A stretch of DNA of 63,345 bases, filler included, from Reticulomyxa filosa (GCA_000512085.1; 16 parts of 16 records of this genome joined end to end with filler, not necessarily neighbours in it); one strand, 5' to 3'. Positions 37,875 through 51,620 are shown, numbered from the whole stretch's first letter. Program-made: numbers and translations. The notes: a model not told the origin generated them from the sequence alone.

Positions 37875-38779
37875 TGAACAACACCTTTACCTTTTTCCTC
37901 TTTCTATCTTCAATTTGGTGGTTTTCTGCGCTTCTCTTAGCCTCTTTTATTTTCCAATAAATTTTTTAAAATGGCCCTTTGTTTGCTTTTGCCAATCCCG
38001 ACTTTTGTAGAAACATATGCTCATTTTCATCATTTTTCGAACGTATGCATTTTTGAAAGGGAGAGAATTAATAATCTTTTCCAAAAAAATCCTGTTTGAT
38101 TCTCAGAAAAATTGAGTCAACAAAGACAAGCCCTTAGTCTTTGAGAGATTGTTGTTTAGCTAAAACGGTTAGTTGACAAGTAAGTGGCAGTCAAATATTT
38201 GTTTTTCCTCAAAAACTTTTTTAAAATTCGTAATATTGAATCAATTATATTTTTGATACTATTGCTTGAATTTTATTTTGTTTTTGTCAATTACAATAAA
38301 CTAATGAATAATTTTCAATTTTCTTTGTTTTTAGTTGTTCAGTCGAATTATGGAAACTTGAACGATTGAACTAGCTTTTAATTATGTACAAATTTACTTG
38401 ATATAATATAATTCATCTAATCTGAACTATTAACAAATACTTCTTTCTAGTTATAGTGTGGGACGTCTGCTGACAATTTGAAAAGTGATTTCTTGTTTTT
38501 CAATAGCCTTCATCCAATGTGATCATATGTTTTATTTTTGTTTATGTTACAATAGCTTTCATTGGTCAATGTGATAGTTGCAAGAGTTATATCTGCTTTA
38601 TTTGCTTCCGGGAATATATCCTTTTCAAATAATTCGTCATAATCGTATAGTTCGCGATTCATATAGAATGATTTTTCAATTTAAGCGACAATATCAATAT
38701 TTTTGTGTATGGGGGCTATGTACTTTACCTTTTATCGGTTAAGACCTTATTACAACTACTAATTTTTCAACTTTCGTCA

Positions 38780-40450
38780 ATGATAACGTGATAAAAAATA
38801 AGCAATTACATTCTCAGTACCAGTGAAATAACGAGCATCGAATGAAAACTCGCTAAGTTGAAATGCCCATCTGGAGAGCATACTATTTATTTGATAGTGA
38901 AAATAAGAAGCTAGATTTTCGTGGTCAGTGTATGCTATAAACTTACTCAACAACAAATAGTGAATCTATTTTTGTACTGTGTAAATCAATGAATAAAATT
39001 CTTTTTCCGACTTTTGTCATTTAATGGCAATCAAATTGTTTGGAAATGAACTTGATAGTCACGATTACGTCGTCATGATTTTGCAATAGTGCAGCACCTA
39101 TTGATTCGTTAGATGCATCACATTGCAAAATGAATTGCCCATTTTGTCTAGGATGCCTCAACAGTTTAACATTTACAAAAGCTTCTTTCAATTTCTCAAA
39201 TGCTTTGTCCTGCAAGTCTATTCATAACAATTTCAAATTTTTCTTCGTAATTTAGCCAATTTGATTATTAACGCTGCAATATTATAATAAATTTTGCAAT
39301 CCCAACATCGTTTCAATTGTTTCTTTGTCTTTAGTTTTGGTACGTTTAGTACTTTGTTAATGTAACTTGGATTTGCTGACGCTCCGTTTGATGATATGAC
39401 ATGACCAAAGAATACTATTTCATTTTGAAAGAATTTACATTTTTCCATTGCCAATCGTAAATTGTATTTATCGAAACGTCGAAATAAATCTCTTAATATT
39501 TGTAAATATTTTCGTTTGTATCAGTTGCAACTAAAGTATAGTCGATATAAATCAACATCTTCTAAATTACTAAAAATATAGTCATAGTAAGTTGAAATAT
39601 TGCATGTGCGTTTGTGAAACCAAATTACATTTTATTCTATTTGTATAATCCGTTTGGAGTAATAAATGCAGTTTTGTGCATATCTTTTTTTCGAATTGAT
39701 ACTTGTGAATAGTCAGACCGTAGTCTAATTTTGATAATATCCGTTTGCCTGACAACTTTTTTAGAGATCATTCATGTTTGGAACTGTCTATTTATCACGA
39801 ATTATGGCTTGTTTTAATTTCTGCTAATTGGCGCAAATACGTAATGAGCATACTTTCTTTTTTAAATTTTCCGTATTATCACTATGTTCTAATTTGCTGA
39901 CTTGCTTTTCTACTATCTTTTGATACATATTATTGATAATATATGTCTTTTGTTTGATAGATTTTACTACATGCTTTAATTCCAATTTTATTTCGGCGTT
40001 TGGTATTTGTCCAATATCGGATGAATTACTATATGACAGTATTTGATTTTTGTTTATCAACTGTTGTATCTCTTTTTTTATTTGTTGTTCAATATTATTT
40101 ACAATTTTTGCACATGATTTAACACTATTGATTGTTCAAAGACTAACATTATTGCACTTCATTTTATTCTTTAGCTCCGCAGCGTCATTATGTGAACCTA
40201 AAGTTGATGTTGAATGTAATTTTTTCATGTTCCAACATCAAGTCATAACTAGCATGCGTAACGCACTTCTAGATAGATGGAATATGATACAGATTTGGTA
40301 CTCCATAGAAGCTATCCTTAAACATTGATACATCTTTGTTCTTGATATCATTTAGAATGAGTTCTATTTTTCTTTTAATACAATGGATCATCCTGCGTGC
40401 AACACAATGAATTAACGTGCATTCTTTGTTATCAAATGTGAGTATTTACT
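38780..40450 (-). mobile_element. Decayed Ty3/gypsy LTR-retrotransposon pol (RT + RNase H)
   Basis: Fragments HKTAFITPNGLY, FGFTNAHAIFQ, IYIDY (degenerate YxDD), EKCKFFQNEIVFFGHVIS, FILQCDASNESIGAALLQ, YTDHENL and RWAFQLSEFSF...N.IAYFLSR. Many stops and frameshifts; no LTRs seen. Confidence 0.85.
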
Positions 40451-40735
40451 TGCGATAGCATCACTCGATGCACATATCAATGCTAAAATATCTGCAATTG
40501 CATCTATTGTGCTTATTTCTTTATTATACAATTTAATTACAATTGTGCCTGGTCTTTCAATCACTTTGTTTGACACCAAGCATTTAAATATGTGTTCAAT
40601 ATTTTCTTGGTCTAACTGCTGTCGATTACATATAATTCATTTCTGTTGTTTGTACAGAAACTTTGCTTGTGACCATATTCGCAACAATTCCAACAATCAT
40701 CGTTCAAATAACGGTTAATCCCTTTGGAGACGTCA

Positions 40736-41036
40736 CAGCATCGTCCAAAAAAAAGTGAACACAGCTGAAAAATCAGGTTATTTAAAGAGTTATTTTTTCT
40801 ATGAATCTACTTAAGTTACAAGTATGTAATTTTATATATATTGAAATGCCTAAAATTTGAAAATTTTATCTTTGTTGGTTTAGAATATATACATTATAAT
40901 GCAAATTTTAGTCAATTGAACAACAGTATGTATATAAAATTACATACTTGTAACTTAATTAGATTCATAGAAAAAATAATAACTTTTTAAATAACCTGAT
41001 TTTTCGGTTGTATTCACTTTTTTTTGGACGATACTG
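40736..41036. mobile_element. MITE / non-autonomous Tc1-mariner-type element with ~105-bp terminal inverted repeats
   Basis: Left end CAGCATCGTCCAAAAAAAAGTGAACACAGCTGAAAAATCAGGTTATTTAAA... matches the reverse complement of the right end, CAGTATCGTCCAAAAAAAAGTGAATACAACCGAAAAATCAGGTTATTTAAA... Flanked by TA on the right (41037-41038) and CA on the left; no ORF. Confidence 0.85.
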
Positions 41037-41744
41037 TATGTGTTTACAAATATATCACAGTTAATATATTATAATTTATATTGTCTGACTTTATACTCAA
41101 CTGATACACATTAAAGGTCTGTAATTATGGAAAATACAACATTTAATACTTAAATTACTTGATACATTTGTTGACAGTAAATCCACATTAATGCTTATTG
41201 TACATAATTGAAATTGTTATCAAAAATTTTTTTTGTAAAGTTGGTATAATTAATTATATTTTAGACATATGACAAAAAAGTAACTCATAGAAATATTTAT
41301 ACTTCCAAAAAAAGCTTATTTTGAACTATCAGTTTAGCTTTTTTAAAAATTTTAGAACTAAACTACATTGGTAAAAAAATTTGTCTTTTGTGCGTAATAG
41401 CGCGTCTTTTGTTCAGATTAATCCAAAATCAGATTCTAAAAAAACCACTGAACAATATGAAATCACACAGAAGTTATAATCGCTCTATTCTTTCCTTAAA
41501 GTAGCAACCATTTTTTACAATATTCTATAATTTTTTCTTATGAGTCTCTACAAGACTGTAGAGTAACAAAATTTTCTTGTTTTTTGTAAAATTTTAGCAG
41601 TACCTTTATGTGACACAATGTGTTTAAAATTTAACAGCCAGATTTTGGGTTGTAAGCGTGCCTTTAAAAAATAGCTCCTTTTTAATTTTTTAAAATTGCA
41701 ACTAAATCATAAAGCTACAAGCCTGAAGCAACGAATAGGAAGTA

Positions 41745-44054
41745 ATGGGCAATAGAAAGAGTCAAGAGACACGGATAAATCAAAAAATCGAGGATCAATT
41801 GAAGAAGCAAAGCAAACAGCTGAGCCTAAGTGTGCTATTACTAGGCCCAGGAGGTGGAGGAAAAACGACAATACTGAAGCAGATGGAGCGTATTCACGGA
41901 GTGAAGCCGACTTCCGCGATGAAAAAGCGAGGAAGGATAGAGGGTGGTGATTCGTACTCGTACAAATCGGATAGTTTGGAAGCGACAGACAAAACAATCG
42001 AATCCAAGCTGATTAAGAATCAAGAAGACGTCAAAGAAGAGTTGTTGGGAAGCCAGAATAGCGTTATCGACGGTCAGCTGTCATTATTAGTACAAAATGA
42101 CGTGCAAGAAGACATTGAATCGCAAATCATTACCGATATGTACGTTTTATGCCAAAGTTTAATTTTATTTTTTTTTTTTTTTTTTTTTATGTAATGTGTA
42201 TGTAATATATACATATATAAATATGGTAAATATACATTTTACACATACATACTATATATGTGTATGTATAAACAACATCTCACCTCCCAAAAAAAAAATT
42301 TTTTTTTTTTGCTTTCAATCCATTTTTACATATATACATATATGCGTGTATGCGTTATAACATTGCAATGGCTGCTGTCATTATTCCCTCCCTTTTCTAC
42401 CTTCCCCCCCCCTTTTTATAAGTATACGACTTTTTTTTAACAAAAAAAAAAATTGGGGTTTTGTGTGTAATGCGATTGGAAGGCAAACATACAAGGCCGG
42501 AAAGACGGGGAGGAAGAGTACAGATTGAAAGACAAGTCGTTAGAAGCAGTGATCGACAGCTTTGTAGAGAAATACAATGAAGAGACCATGAAGACGGAAG
42601 ACTTCCACTTGGAAAAAGCTCTGGCCGAAATCATTGCTAGATTATGGAAAGACCCCGGAATTAAATATACGTATAAAATAAAGCGAATGTTTGAAGACAT
42701 GGACACTACCCCTTTCTTTTTTGACCGAGTTTTACTTTATGCGCTCCCCAATTACCAAAGTTTTTGTTTTGTTTTGTTTTGTTTGTTTGTTTTTTTTTTT
42801 GGGGGGTTTATCCCTCCCTCCTCCCCTTTGTCTATTTTTTTTTTTTTCTCTCTATCTATTTTTATAATGAATGTATACCTATACATATATGATTTTTTTT
42901 TTTTTTTTTAAAATGAATGGTTTTCTAGTCACTTTTGATGATTACGTACGTGTGCGCGATCGCACTACGACCATCGTTTCCACAGACTTTCACGTCAACT
43001 TCCCGAATGCAAAGATCCGTATTTCTATTACTGACGTTGGTGGACAGGTATTTACTTTCGAACTTTTTTTTTAATTTAAAAAAAAAAAAAAAAAAAAGTT
43101 CCATTCATGCCTGGAGTCTAAGTCTATGGACAAACAATTTTTTTTTTCTTCCCCTCCCCCCTCCCCCCCCTTCCTTCCCATAATGCCATATACATTGCAC
43201 ACAACATGATATTGGCCATTTTGAAACCATGTCTCCAAATGCCAAAAAATATAAAAAATGGATGTAAAGCGCGCAGAACGCAAGAAATGGATGAAATTAT
43301 TTGAGGGCACTGACGCAGTATTATGGGTAATGTCTTTGGCAAGCTATGATCAAAAGCTCTTTGAAGACAACAACAAAAATCGATATGAAGAAAATTTTGA
43401 GTTGTTTGCAGAGAATTGCCATCATAAACTATTCGAAAAGACTGAATTTGGATTTTATTTTTTTTTTTTTTGTAAAAAAAAAAAAAAAAAGTGAACCATT
43501 AGAGGAAAAAAAACTTAAACTGATTGCAAGTGAGAACTCAGTGGAAAAGAAAAATGTTTGTCTGACAATATACACACGAATACAACATAAAAGTGGTGTT
43601 CTTGAATAAAGTGGATATTCTCAGAGAAAAACTTGACAATCCCAATGTAAAGCCAGAGTTTCCCTTTTCAAAGTTTGATTCTACATTTGACGAAAACTTG
43701 AAGGCCGATTCGAAAAATGTTATTGAACACGTGCAAAAAAGACATGAAGAAATTTTTGGCACTAAGAAAGACAAAAAAACTGGCATTTATTGTTTAGAAA
43801 TTTTTTGTTGTTTTCTTTCATTTTATTTTATGTTTGATGTTAATCTTTATTTCATTTGTGTCTATGCACAAACTAGTCCATGTAACGTGCGCAACTGACA
43901 ATACCCAAATCGAGGGAATTATCACCATTGTCAAGCTTTCTTGGGTATGTGTTCTCTTCGCTTATCTTTTTTCTTTTCAATATTTTATAAACGTGTGTTG
44001 TCTTTGTTTTTGTATTAGTTGAAAACAGCGTTGGAAGCAAACGGGGTGATTTGA
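41745..44054 (+). CDS. Heterotrimeric G-protein alpha subunit, about 7 exons
   Basis: MGNRKS myristoylation motif, LLLGPGGGGKTTILKQM, LWKDPGI, DYVRVRDRTT, TDVGGQ|RAERKKW, SLASYDQKLFED...NR..E..ELF, VFLNKVD, HVTCATD, C-terminus LKTALEANGVI*. Confidence 0.93.
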
Positions 44055-44608
44055 TGTGTATACTTTACACTTATACTCAAAGTTGTGTAATTTTTTTTTC
44101 TCGGTTTTTGAGACCTCTACCCTTTTTTTTTTTTCTGTGACTTTGGAAATTCCATGTGATGTTGTTTGTCAAAAAGTTGAAAGTAATCAAGTTTCCGCGA
44201 AATATTATTTTTTTTCGAGTGCTGTTGACAAAAGTGTCGGTGTGGTTAGTCTTTGTAACCAAATCGGATAGTTCAGCGTTTAATTTATTTTCAAGTTTTG
44301 TCAACATTAACTGAGATAACGTAAACACATAAAAGCCTTTGGACTTGAAAGACATCGCACACAAAAAAAAGTTATTGCAACAAATAAATTTTAATGCTAT
44401 ACATGTTAGTGTAGACCATTCACAATTATTGAAAAAGTGACGGATCCAACCCAAAAAAAAGCACAAAGGTCCTTCGCTCAGCTCCAAACAAGTAAATTGA
44501 AAAAAATCTCAACAACAATATCTGTAACAAAACTGTTTGCATTATTAAACAAACACCACAAAAAAGCAATAAGTGATTTCTGCATTTTAAAAAAGCTTTG
44601 AAAGTAGC

Positions 44609-45925
44609 TCAAACAAATGTCCCGTAAATTTGTGTGATGCTGCCTTCCTTAATTGTATAATGGGGTTCAGCAGAATCAGAAGAAACTTCACAACACATTC
44701 GGAAGGCGACGACACCACAATTATTAAGTTTTCGTTTGCCACTCATATGAGTTGATCCGTGAGGTAAATAATATTTGAAAAAGTGTTGAAACCAATGGCT
44801 GTGTCCAACAGCAATGACAGTTCGTTTATCATTTTGGGTGAACACCCACTCCACAAAAGATCTCATTCGGTCTTTCGCATCTTCTGTGGATTCAAACAAT
44901 TGAGACTTTTTGCTTGTTCCTTCCACGCGCAGGCGATTAGTATAGAAGTCATTCAACAAACTAATGTCCAATTTTTGCGTTTTCTTTTCGTGTTCACTTA
45001 CCTGTCGTGCCAGTGAATAAAAGAGATTATTTGTTTGCAATTGTTACTTGTTGCTTTTTTTTTTTTTTTTCAAGTAGAAACTTGTGGCAAGTCATCATTG
45101 ACAACAGGCGTATGCGTATCAACGTTCATCCCCAATTCTTGCAAGCACGGCAATATACGTACCAATTCTTTGTTATCGTCAGCAGCGAAGCGATCCCAGA
45201 GTCCAATGATGCCCGTACTGATCGCTCGTCGCAGGTTGCTGCATGTGACGACCGAGGTCCTGTAGTCCAACATTTCATCCAAAAGCCATTCCATTTCCAA
45301 CGGCAAGTCAGGATCGTCATCAATCACACCAAAGGTACTGTCGTTCAAAACAACGTGTTTGGTGCGCATTTTACTGATCATTTCATTTTGTCTAATGTTC
45401 ATTATTTATTTATTTGTTTGTTTATTTGCATTCAATATTTATTATGATTACTTAATTATGTACTTTTTTTATTTATTTATTTATTTTTTTAAATTATGAT
45501 CCATTTGATCCTCGAGAACTTAACTCAATCACTTGTTCATCTTCATTTTTAACTTCTTCTGGCGTATCCAAATCTCCACTACCTGCTTCGGCGGACATGA
45601 TCGCCATCAAATCCTTGTGCTTCTTCACGTCGTACAGACTGTAGCGCTCTGCCAGTTTGGTCTGCGGAAGCACATTAAGGGAGAGCACCTCGTCATTTTC
45701 GATTTGCAATTGCGGCGACGTGTTGCCATTCTCCTTCTTTTCCTTCTCGGTGGTATGTTTGTGGTTGTTGTGTGCAACGTCGCGCGGAGATATATCCCTC
45801 CCCCCTTCGCCACATCCAAACGCGTCATGGTCATGCAGTCGCTTGCCACTTTGCAGCTCGAGCATCCACGTCTCCAGCTTCTCCTGAGCCTTTTTCACGC
45901 ATCCTTGGAGTTCTTCCAACTTTTG
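44609..45925 (-). CDS. Histidine phosphatase (phosphoglycerate-mutase-like) superfamily protein, 3' exons; 5'-partial
   Basis: VVTCSNLRRAISTG, ILPCLQE, ESTEDAKDRMRSFVEW, VIAVGHSHWF and LNNCGVVAF. The RHG motif would lie upstream, beyond the contig end. Confidence 0.7.
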
Positions 45926-46150
45926 TAATAATTTCGGGTCTTTCCTTTTTTTTTTTTAAAAAAAAAAGGGGGGGGGGGGAGGAGCGAAGAGAAAAAAGAG
46001 GTATACTGTCATTATTTCTTTTCTTGCCCCTTTCTCTCTTCACATATTTCNNNNNNNNNNNNNNNNNNNNNNNNNNNNNNNNNNNNNNNNNNNNTTAATT
46101 AATTAANNNNNNNNNNNNNNNNNNNNNNNNNNNNNNNNNNNNNNNNNNNN

Positions 46151-47639
46151 ATTCCTTGGCTTGAAGAACAATAGTCAATTGTCAAGAAATGTCATTGCAC
46201 ATACACTCTCTGAAAATCTCAAAACAATATACGTCCATTTTTCTGTCAATGTGAATGCTCAACAATTGCGGTAAATATGCGAAACGTTCAATAACAGACA
46301 ATCGCTTTCAAATGGGGATGAAAAGTCAGAAGAGCAAGCCAAGAAAACCAAGCGACAGATCAGAGACAAAATTACGTTGATGAAATTAAAAAATGTCAGC
46401 AACAAGAGATATACAATCTTGAATTGAATAAGATTGTGTTATTAAAGAATGTTCCAGTGCAGGAAAGTGAGAAGGAGATCAAAGAAACGTTGGAAGAATA
46501 TGGATATTCAGTTGAACAAGTGAAAAGATTCAACAAAATGCCAATGATAATGATCACGCTATCCAAAGCAGAAGAGATGATGAAGATCCTCCAAGACAAG
46601 AACATTCAGATTGGATACTCAATGGCACAAGCTGTCATATTTGACAAGAACAGATCAAGGCCCAAGCATCACTTCAAGCAATGTCGAAACTGTCATAAAT
46701 TGAACCACATTGCTAAGAATGCACAGAAGAGAAAGATTTGCAAGTATTGTGGACTGAAAAACCACGAAGCATCGAAATGTCGCACAAGAATGATCCAAGT
46801 CGACATCGATGTGTATTGTGCAAGAATAATCATCCAAGTGATTCTGTGCAATGTGAAGTTATTCGCAAGGCAAGAGAAAAACTTGGGATTAAATTGACAA
46901 GAAAGGAGAATACTTTCATACAAAAGAAAGCTTCATCTCCAAATTAAAAAGAGACATGAAAATAAGACTAATCAGCAATTTTACACTGATACAGTCAAGC
47001 AATCAAAGAATAAGAGAAAGAGAAAGAATAGAAACAAAAATAAAAACAAGATGGTAGAACAACACCAGTTCAAAAAACACAAAATAATCGGAAAGATGCT
47101 GATGAAATCTCATCATTGAAACGTGAAATTGAAGAGATGAAAGCAGCATTCAAAGAAATCACGAAACTCGTGCAATCATTCAAAGCGATGATGCAGATGG
47201 GAGTTGGAAACAGATTAAGAGATGAAGTCAACATATTAAATACTGGCATGGATATGAATATATAAACAGTAATTTGTTGACCCTCCAGAATATCAACGGA
47301 TTTTATTCCAAGGCCCAAATATTAGAACAAAATCTGCAGTATAAGCAGCCGCATATATGCATACTGCAAGAAGGTTTTCGGTCGAAGAAGAAGGACATAG
47401 ATTATAATTTCCAGCATCTTTATGTTCATCATTGGACTGAGACAGGAAGATCTGGAGTGTTATGTCGAAGAGATTTGCATTCATTATCACGATCATTCAA
47501 TAACATGACTGATACATTTAATGATTTAGTTATGAATCGTATTGGGTGGAAATTTCATGTCCTGATCAAAAGAAACCGATATTATTCTGCAGTTTCTATA
47601 GAAATCTGCAACTTGATCAATTTAATATACAAGCATTCG
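46151..47639 (+). mobile_element. Non-LTR retrotransposon (LINE) 5' part: gag-like ORF1 and start of APE-endonuclease ORF2; frameshifted
   Basis: Zinc knuckles QCRNCHKLNHIAK, CKYCGLKNHEASKC and CVLCKNNHPSDSVQC, followed by QNINGFYSKAQILEQNLQYKQPHICILQE (APE motifs N-x-NG and LQE). Confidence 0.85.
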
Positions 47640-47739
47640 NNNNNNNNNNNNNNNNNNNNNNNNNNNNNNNNNNNNNNNNNNNNTTAATTAATTAANNNNN
47701 NNNNNNNNNNNNNNNNNNNNNNNNNNNNNNNNNNNNNNN

Positions 47740-47773
<34 letters not shown>

Positions 47774-48760
47774 GATACTGTTGCTGTTGCTAGCGGTACA
47801 AGTGTCACTCTTGTCATTGGAATTACTCTTTTGAAAATTCAATTGAACGTAGTTTGCAAAAGTTCGAATGTCATTCACATTGTTTCCTTGTTGGTGCGCT
47901 TTGCTTTCGTTTATGCAGACATCTTTCAGCTGCTTTCGAGGAGGCTGGACTAGCAGAGAGTCGGTCACGTGAACATTCGCCAGCTTTGCAATATCAATCG
48001 GAACTGCATAAGGACCAGGAGATTGCGCATGTGGTGGGTCCCTGTCATTTATGCATGTTTTTAAAAATTATTTATAGTATCGGATTTATTTTCAAAGGAA
48101 CCTTTCCCTTTCTGTTTTTATCGACAAAAAAATATGATCCGTCATAATATAATATATATATGTATATATATATATATATATGCATGTATAGATCAAATAA
48201 GCGACGGACGAGGCGGTATTATCGACAAGTGCATCACGTTCATTGGTTTTGGATCGATCAGAATGTAAGTTATATTGTTGGAATGAATTCGCTTTGGGCA
48301 TTTGAACACTGCTAATATTGGCAAAAGCGTGATTTATTCCCGACTGAGAACCCCGATCAAGGTCTTTTTCGTTGACAGGCAAGCTACCCGAAGTCAAAGA
48401 GATGGTTGGTTCGGTCTTCTTGAGTTGTTTGTCATCGCCATTGTCCGTGTCGACTCCCAACAGAGTGCGTATTTGATTGCGCATCTATATTACACAATGC
48501 AACATAATACAGTACAACACAATATAATACAATATAGTGTAATGTAATATTCAGATCATCACAATAGTGTTGATCAACCCTCTTTTTTTTTTCAAAAAAA
48601 AAAAAAGAATTTCAAAGTAGAACTTAGTTGTTTGTCTTGAGCAGTGACTTTTGGGATCCCTTGTTTGATCAGCAGAGGAGTATGCAAATACCTTCCACTG
48701 CTTGTTCCTGGTTGCTCTCGTGCCGACGTCACTTTGGACGTGTTTGTCATCTGTTCTTGT
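47740..48760 (-). CDS. Internal exons of a low-complexity hypothetical protein
   Basis: S/N-rich ORF blocks (48200-48484, 47740-48055) bounded by AT-repeat introns. No family recognised. Confidence 0.35.
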
Positions 48761-49102
48761 TTTTGCTTTTTTTTTTTTTTTTTTCATTTGTATACATACA
48801 TGTATATGTGTTCCGGAACCAAATGGAATAGAAAATGAACAAACAGAAGGGGGGGAAAAAAAAAGGTAAGGAGGGAATGAACTTCATTTTTCGTCTTTGG
48901 TTCAATTAAGTCAGATGTCAAATACAAGCAGGGGTCTTTTTCACTCGACTGNNNNNNNNNNNNNNNNNNNNNNNNNNNNNNNNNNNNNNNNNNNNTTAAT
49001 TAATTAANNNNNNNNNNNNNNNNNNNNNNNNNNNNNNNNNNNNNNNNNNNNGTTTTTTTCAAGTAATAATTTTTTTTTCTAGTGGTAAATTTTTTTGATT
49101 AG

Positions 49103-49475
<373 letters not shown>

Positions 49476-49688
49476 TGAGAAAAAAGTTAACTTTAGATTT
49501 ACCTCTCCTCATTCATATCATCATCCTAATCTTTATTTTAATGAATAGAGATCAATTAAACATGACAAGTCAGCAACTAAAAATTGCTGAAAAAAAAAAT
49601 TTATGTGCGGTCATGACGATATGCATTTCTTATTTTGTAATTGCAAAGAAAGACACATGATGTGTCATGACTTTCATAAACAAAGAAT

Positions 49689-51620
49689 TCATATTTTGCT
49701 CAACGAAACGCTAATAAATAAAAATAATGAGTTTTGAGATATTGTTATTTGTGATTTATCCAAAGCTACAAAAGAAGATGCAGTTCGTTTCTTAGCAAAT
49801 TCTTTTCGTCGTTTGGTTTCTTGTTTAGATACTTCTATTTCATCTGCGACCATGTCCAACAATGCATCTAAAAGCAACATGATTGACCGAATGTCCAATG
49901 CGGACACGCGCAGTTTGATTTCATACAATTCACCAGTACATACTATCGTAGTGAACTCGGACTGTGAAGTGAAGATACACGAGAGCAAATTGAGCTGCAA
50001 ATCCAATGACCGCAGTAATCTATTGACGTCGTTGTCTTTATCTACGTATACTTTCACACCTTCCACTGCAATACATGTGAATCGTAGTACGTGGCCAGTA
50101 CCGATGGGTTTCTTAACACATCAATGGCCTTCACATCACTACCATCACCACTGCTACTGTCTTTGCTAGTTGTCATCACTCTCGTCTGAAGTATTCAAGT
50201 CCGAGGATGCAAATGCATATTGCAATTTCAACTTATTTAAATCCGATTTTACATTCAATCGACCCAAATCCACCACCGAGTTTTGTTTGGACAAATCTGC
50301 TCGCAATCGAATGGTCGGAGCATTCAACGAGATACCAATTGAATAGTCTTGTGTATATACACGGCATCAGTTAGTGCTGCTTGCGTGGCACTTAAAAATA
50401 ACAAAAAGTTTATTGCAAGTGCAAAAATAATTTTTTTAAATTTATTTAAAAAGAATAATAAATTCAAAACTTTTTCATCGCCTCCAATTACAACATTGCA
50501 GCTCGCTCGAACTCGGCCTCCATCAACGGCCGCGACTTATCCGACTCTGTCGTGGAAACGATTTTCGATCCGACACGTTCTTTGCAGTTGCAGGCGAACT
50601 GTCAGCGAGTTCTGCGGTCTTACTACCGTCGTTGTTGTGATCACAATCAAAGTATTTGTCCAATAACCTATCATCTGCCACCCACTTCACTGACAGTGTT
50701 CAAATACATTGCGAAATTGGACAACTCCACTTTCTTTCGCACCGTCTGCTTCACTTGTGCAATAAAGTCGGGCTGCCAACTTTCATTCGTCGTCACAGCC
50801 GTCAAGGAGTTGATACTCACTCCAAGACTCATGTTTCGATCCTTTGTCGAGTCTTCGTACCGGATATTGACCCGTCTCACTACTACATTGATATTGTCTA
50901 CTACACGTTCCACCAATTTTGTCGTGGCTTGTTTTTTCAATATACATATTGTTTTTTATTCAAATAACATATATATAGTTTAAGTTTTCATCGACATCTG
51001 CTTGTGGAACGAGGGTCAGTGACTCCCATGAGTCCAACTGTTGCTTCTTAAATTTCAGTGCAGCTTTTTACTCTTCTTCTTCCATCTAGTTTGTTTGTTA
51101 TTTGTCAATTTTAAAAATTAAAAAAAAAACCACACACAAGCGATAACAATAACCAAATGGTCATCACTATTACTGTTCATATTATTAATATGACCACATA
51201 AGTGCAATTCTCACATTTTACTTTGTTTTTTTTACTTTAAATTTTGATCTTGGATCACACACTAATCTCAAATCTTACAATTCAACTCGTGTAGCCCAAT
51301 CTGCTTATATTACTATCTTCCCTACAAAACCCAATCGAATAGACAACGGCAAACTCAAAAATTCGAATGCATCTTGTCTCAATTCCATATTGTTCAATTT
51401 AGCTTTTCCTCGCCATAAACTTAAATCAATATTCGATTTATCAAATTCTTTCACCGTTTTTTAATATTATTATGATAATTTGAAGTTTTTTTTTTTGAAA
51501 AAAAAAGTTCAGAAGAGACCAAACAAACCTTTTCAGATTATGCTGTTTTCTCCTTTCTTTTTTTACAAACTGTACCTGTAAATACTCAATATCTTTGTTT
51601 CAAAATACTGAACAGCTCAC
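49689..51620 (-). pseudogene. VPS13: VPS13 (chorein N-terminal) truncated pseudogene
   Basis: VKEFDKSNIDLSLWRGKAKLNNMELRQDAFEFLSLPLSIRLGFVGKI; TKLVERVVDNINVVVRRVNIRYED...LGVSINSLTAVTTNESWQPDFI...RKKVELSNFAMYLN. In-frame stops and frameshifts; ends after a few hundred codons. Confidence 0.8.
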
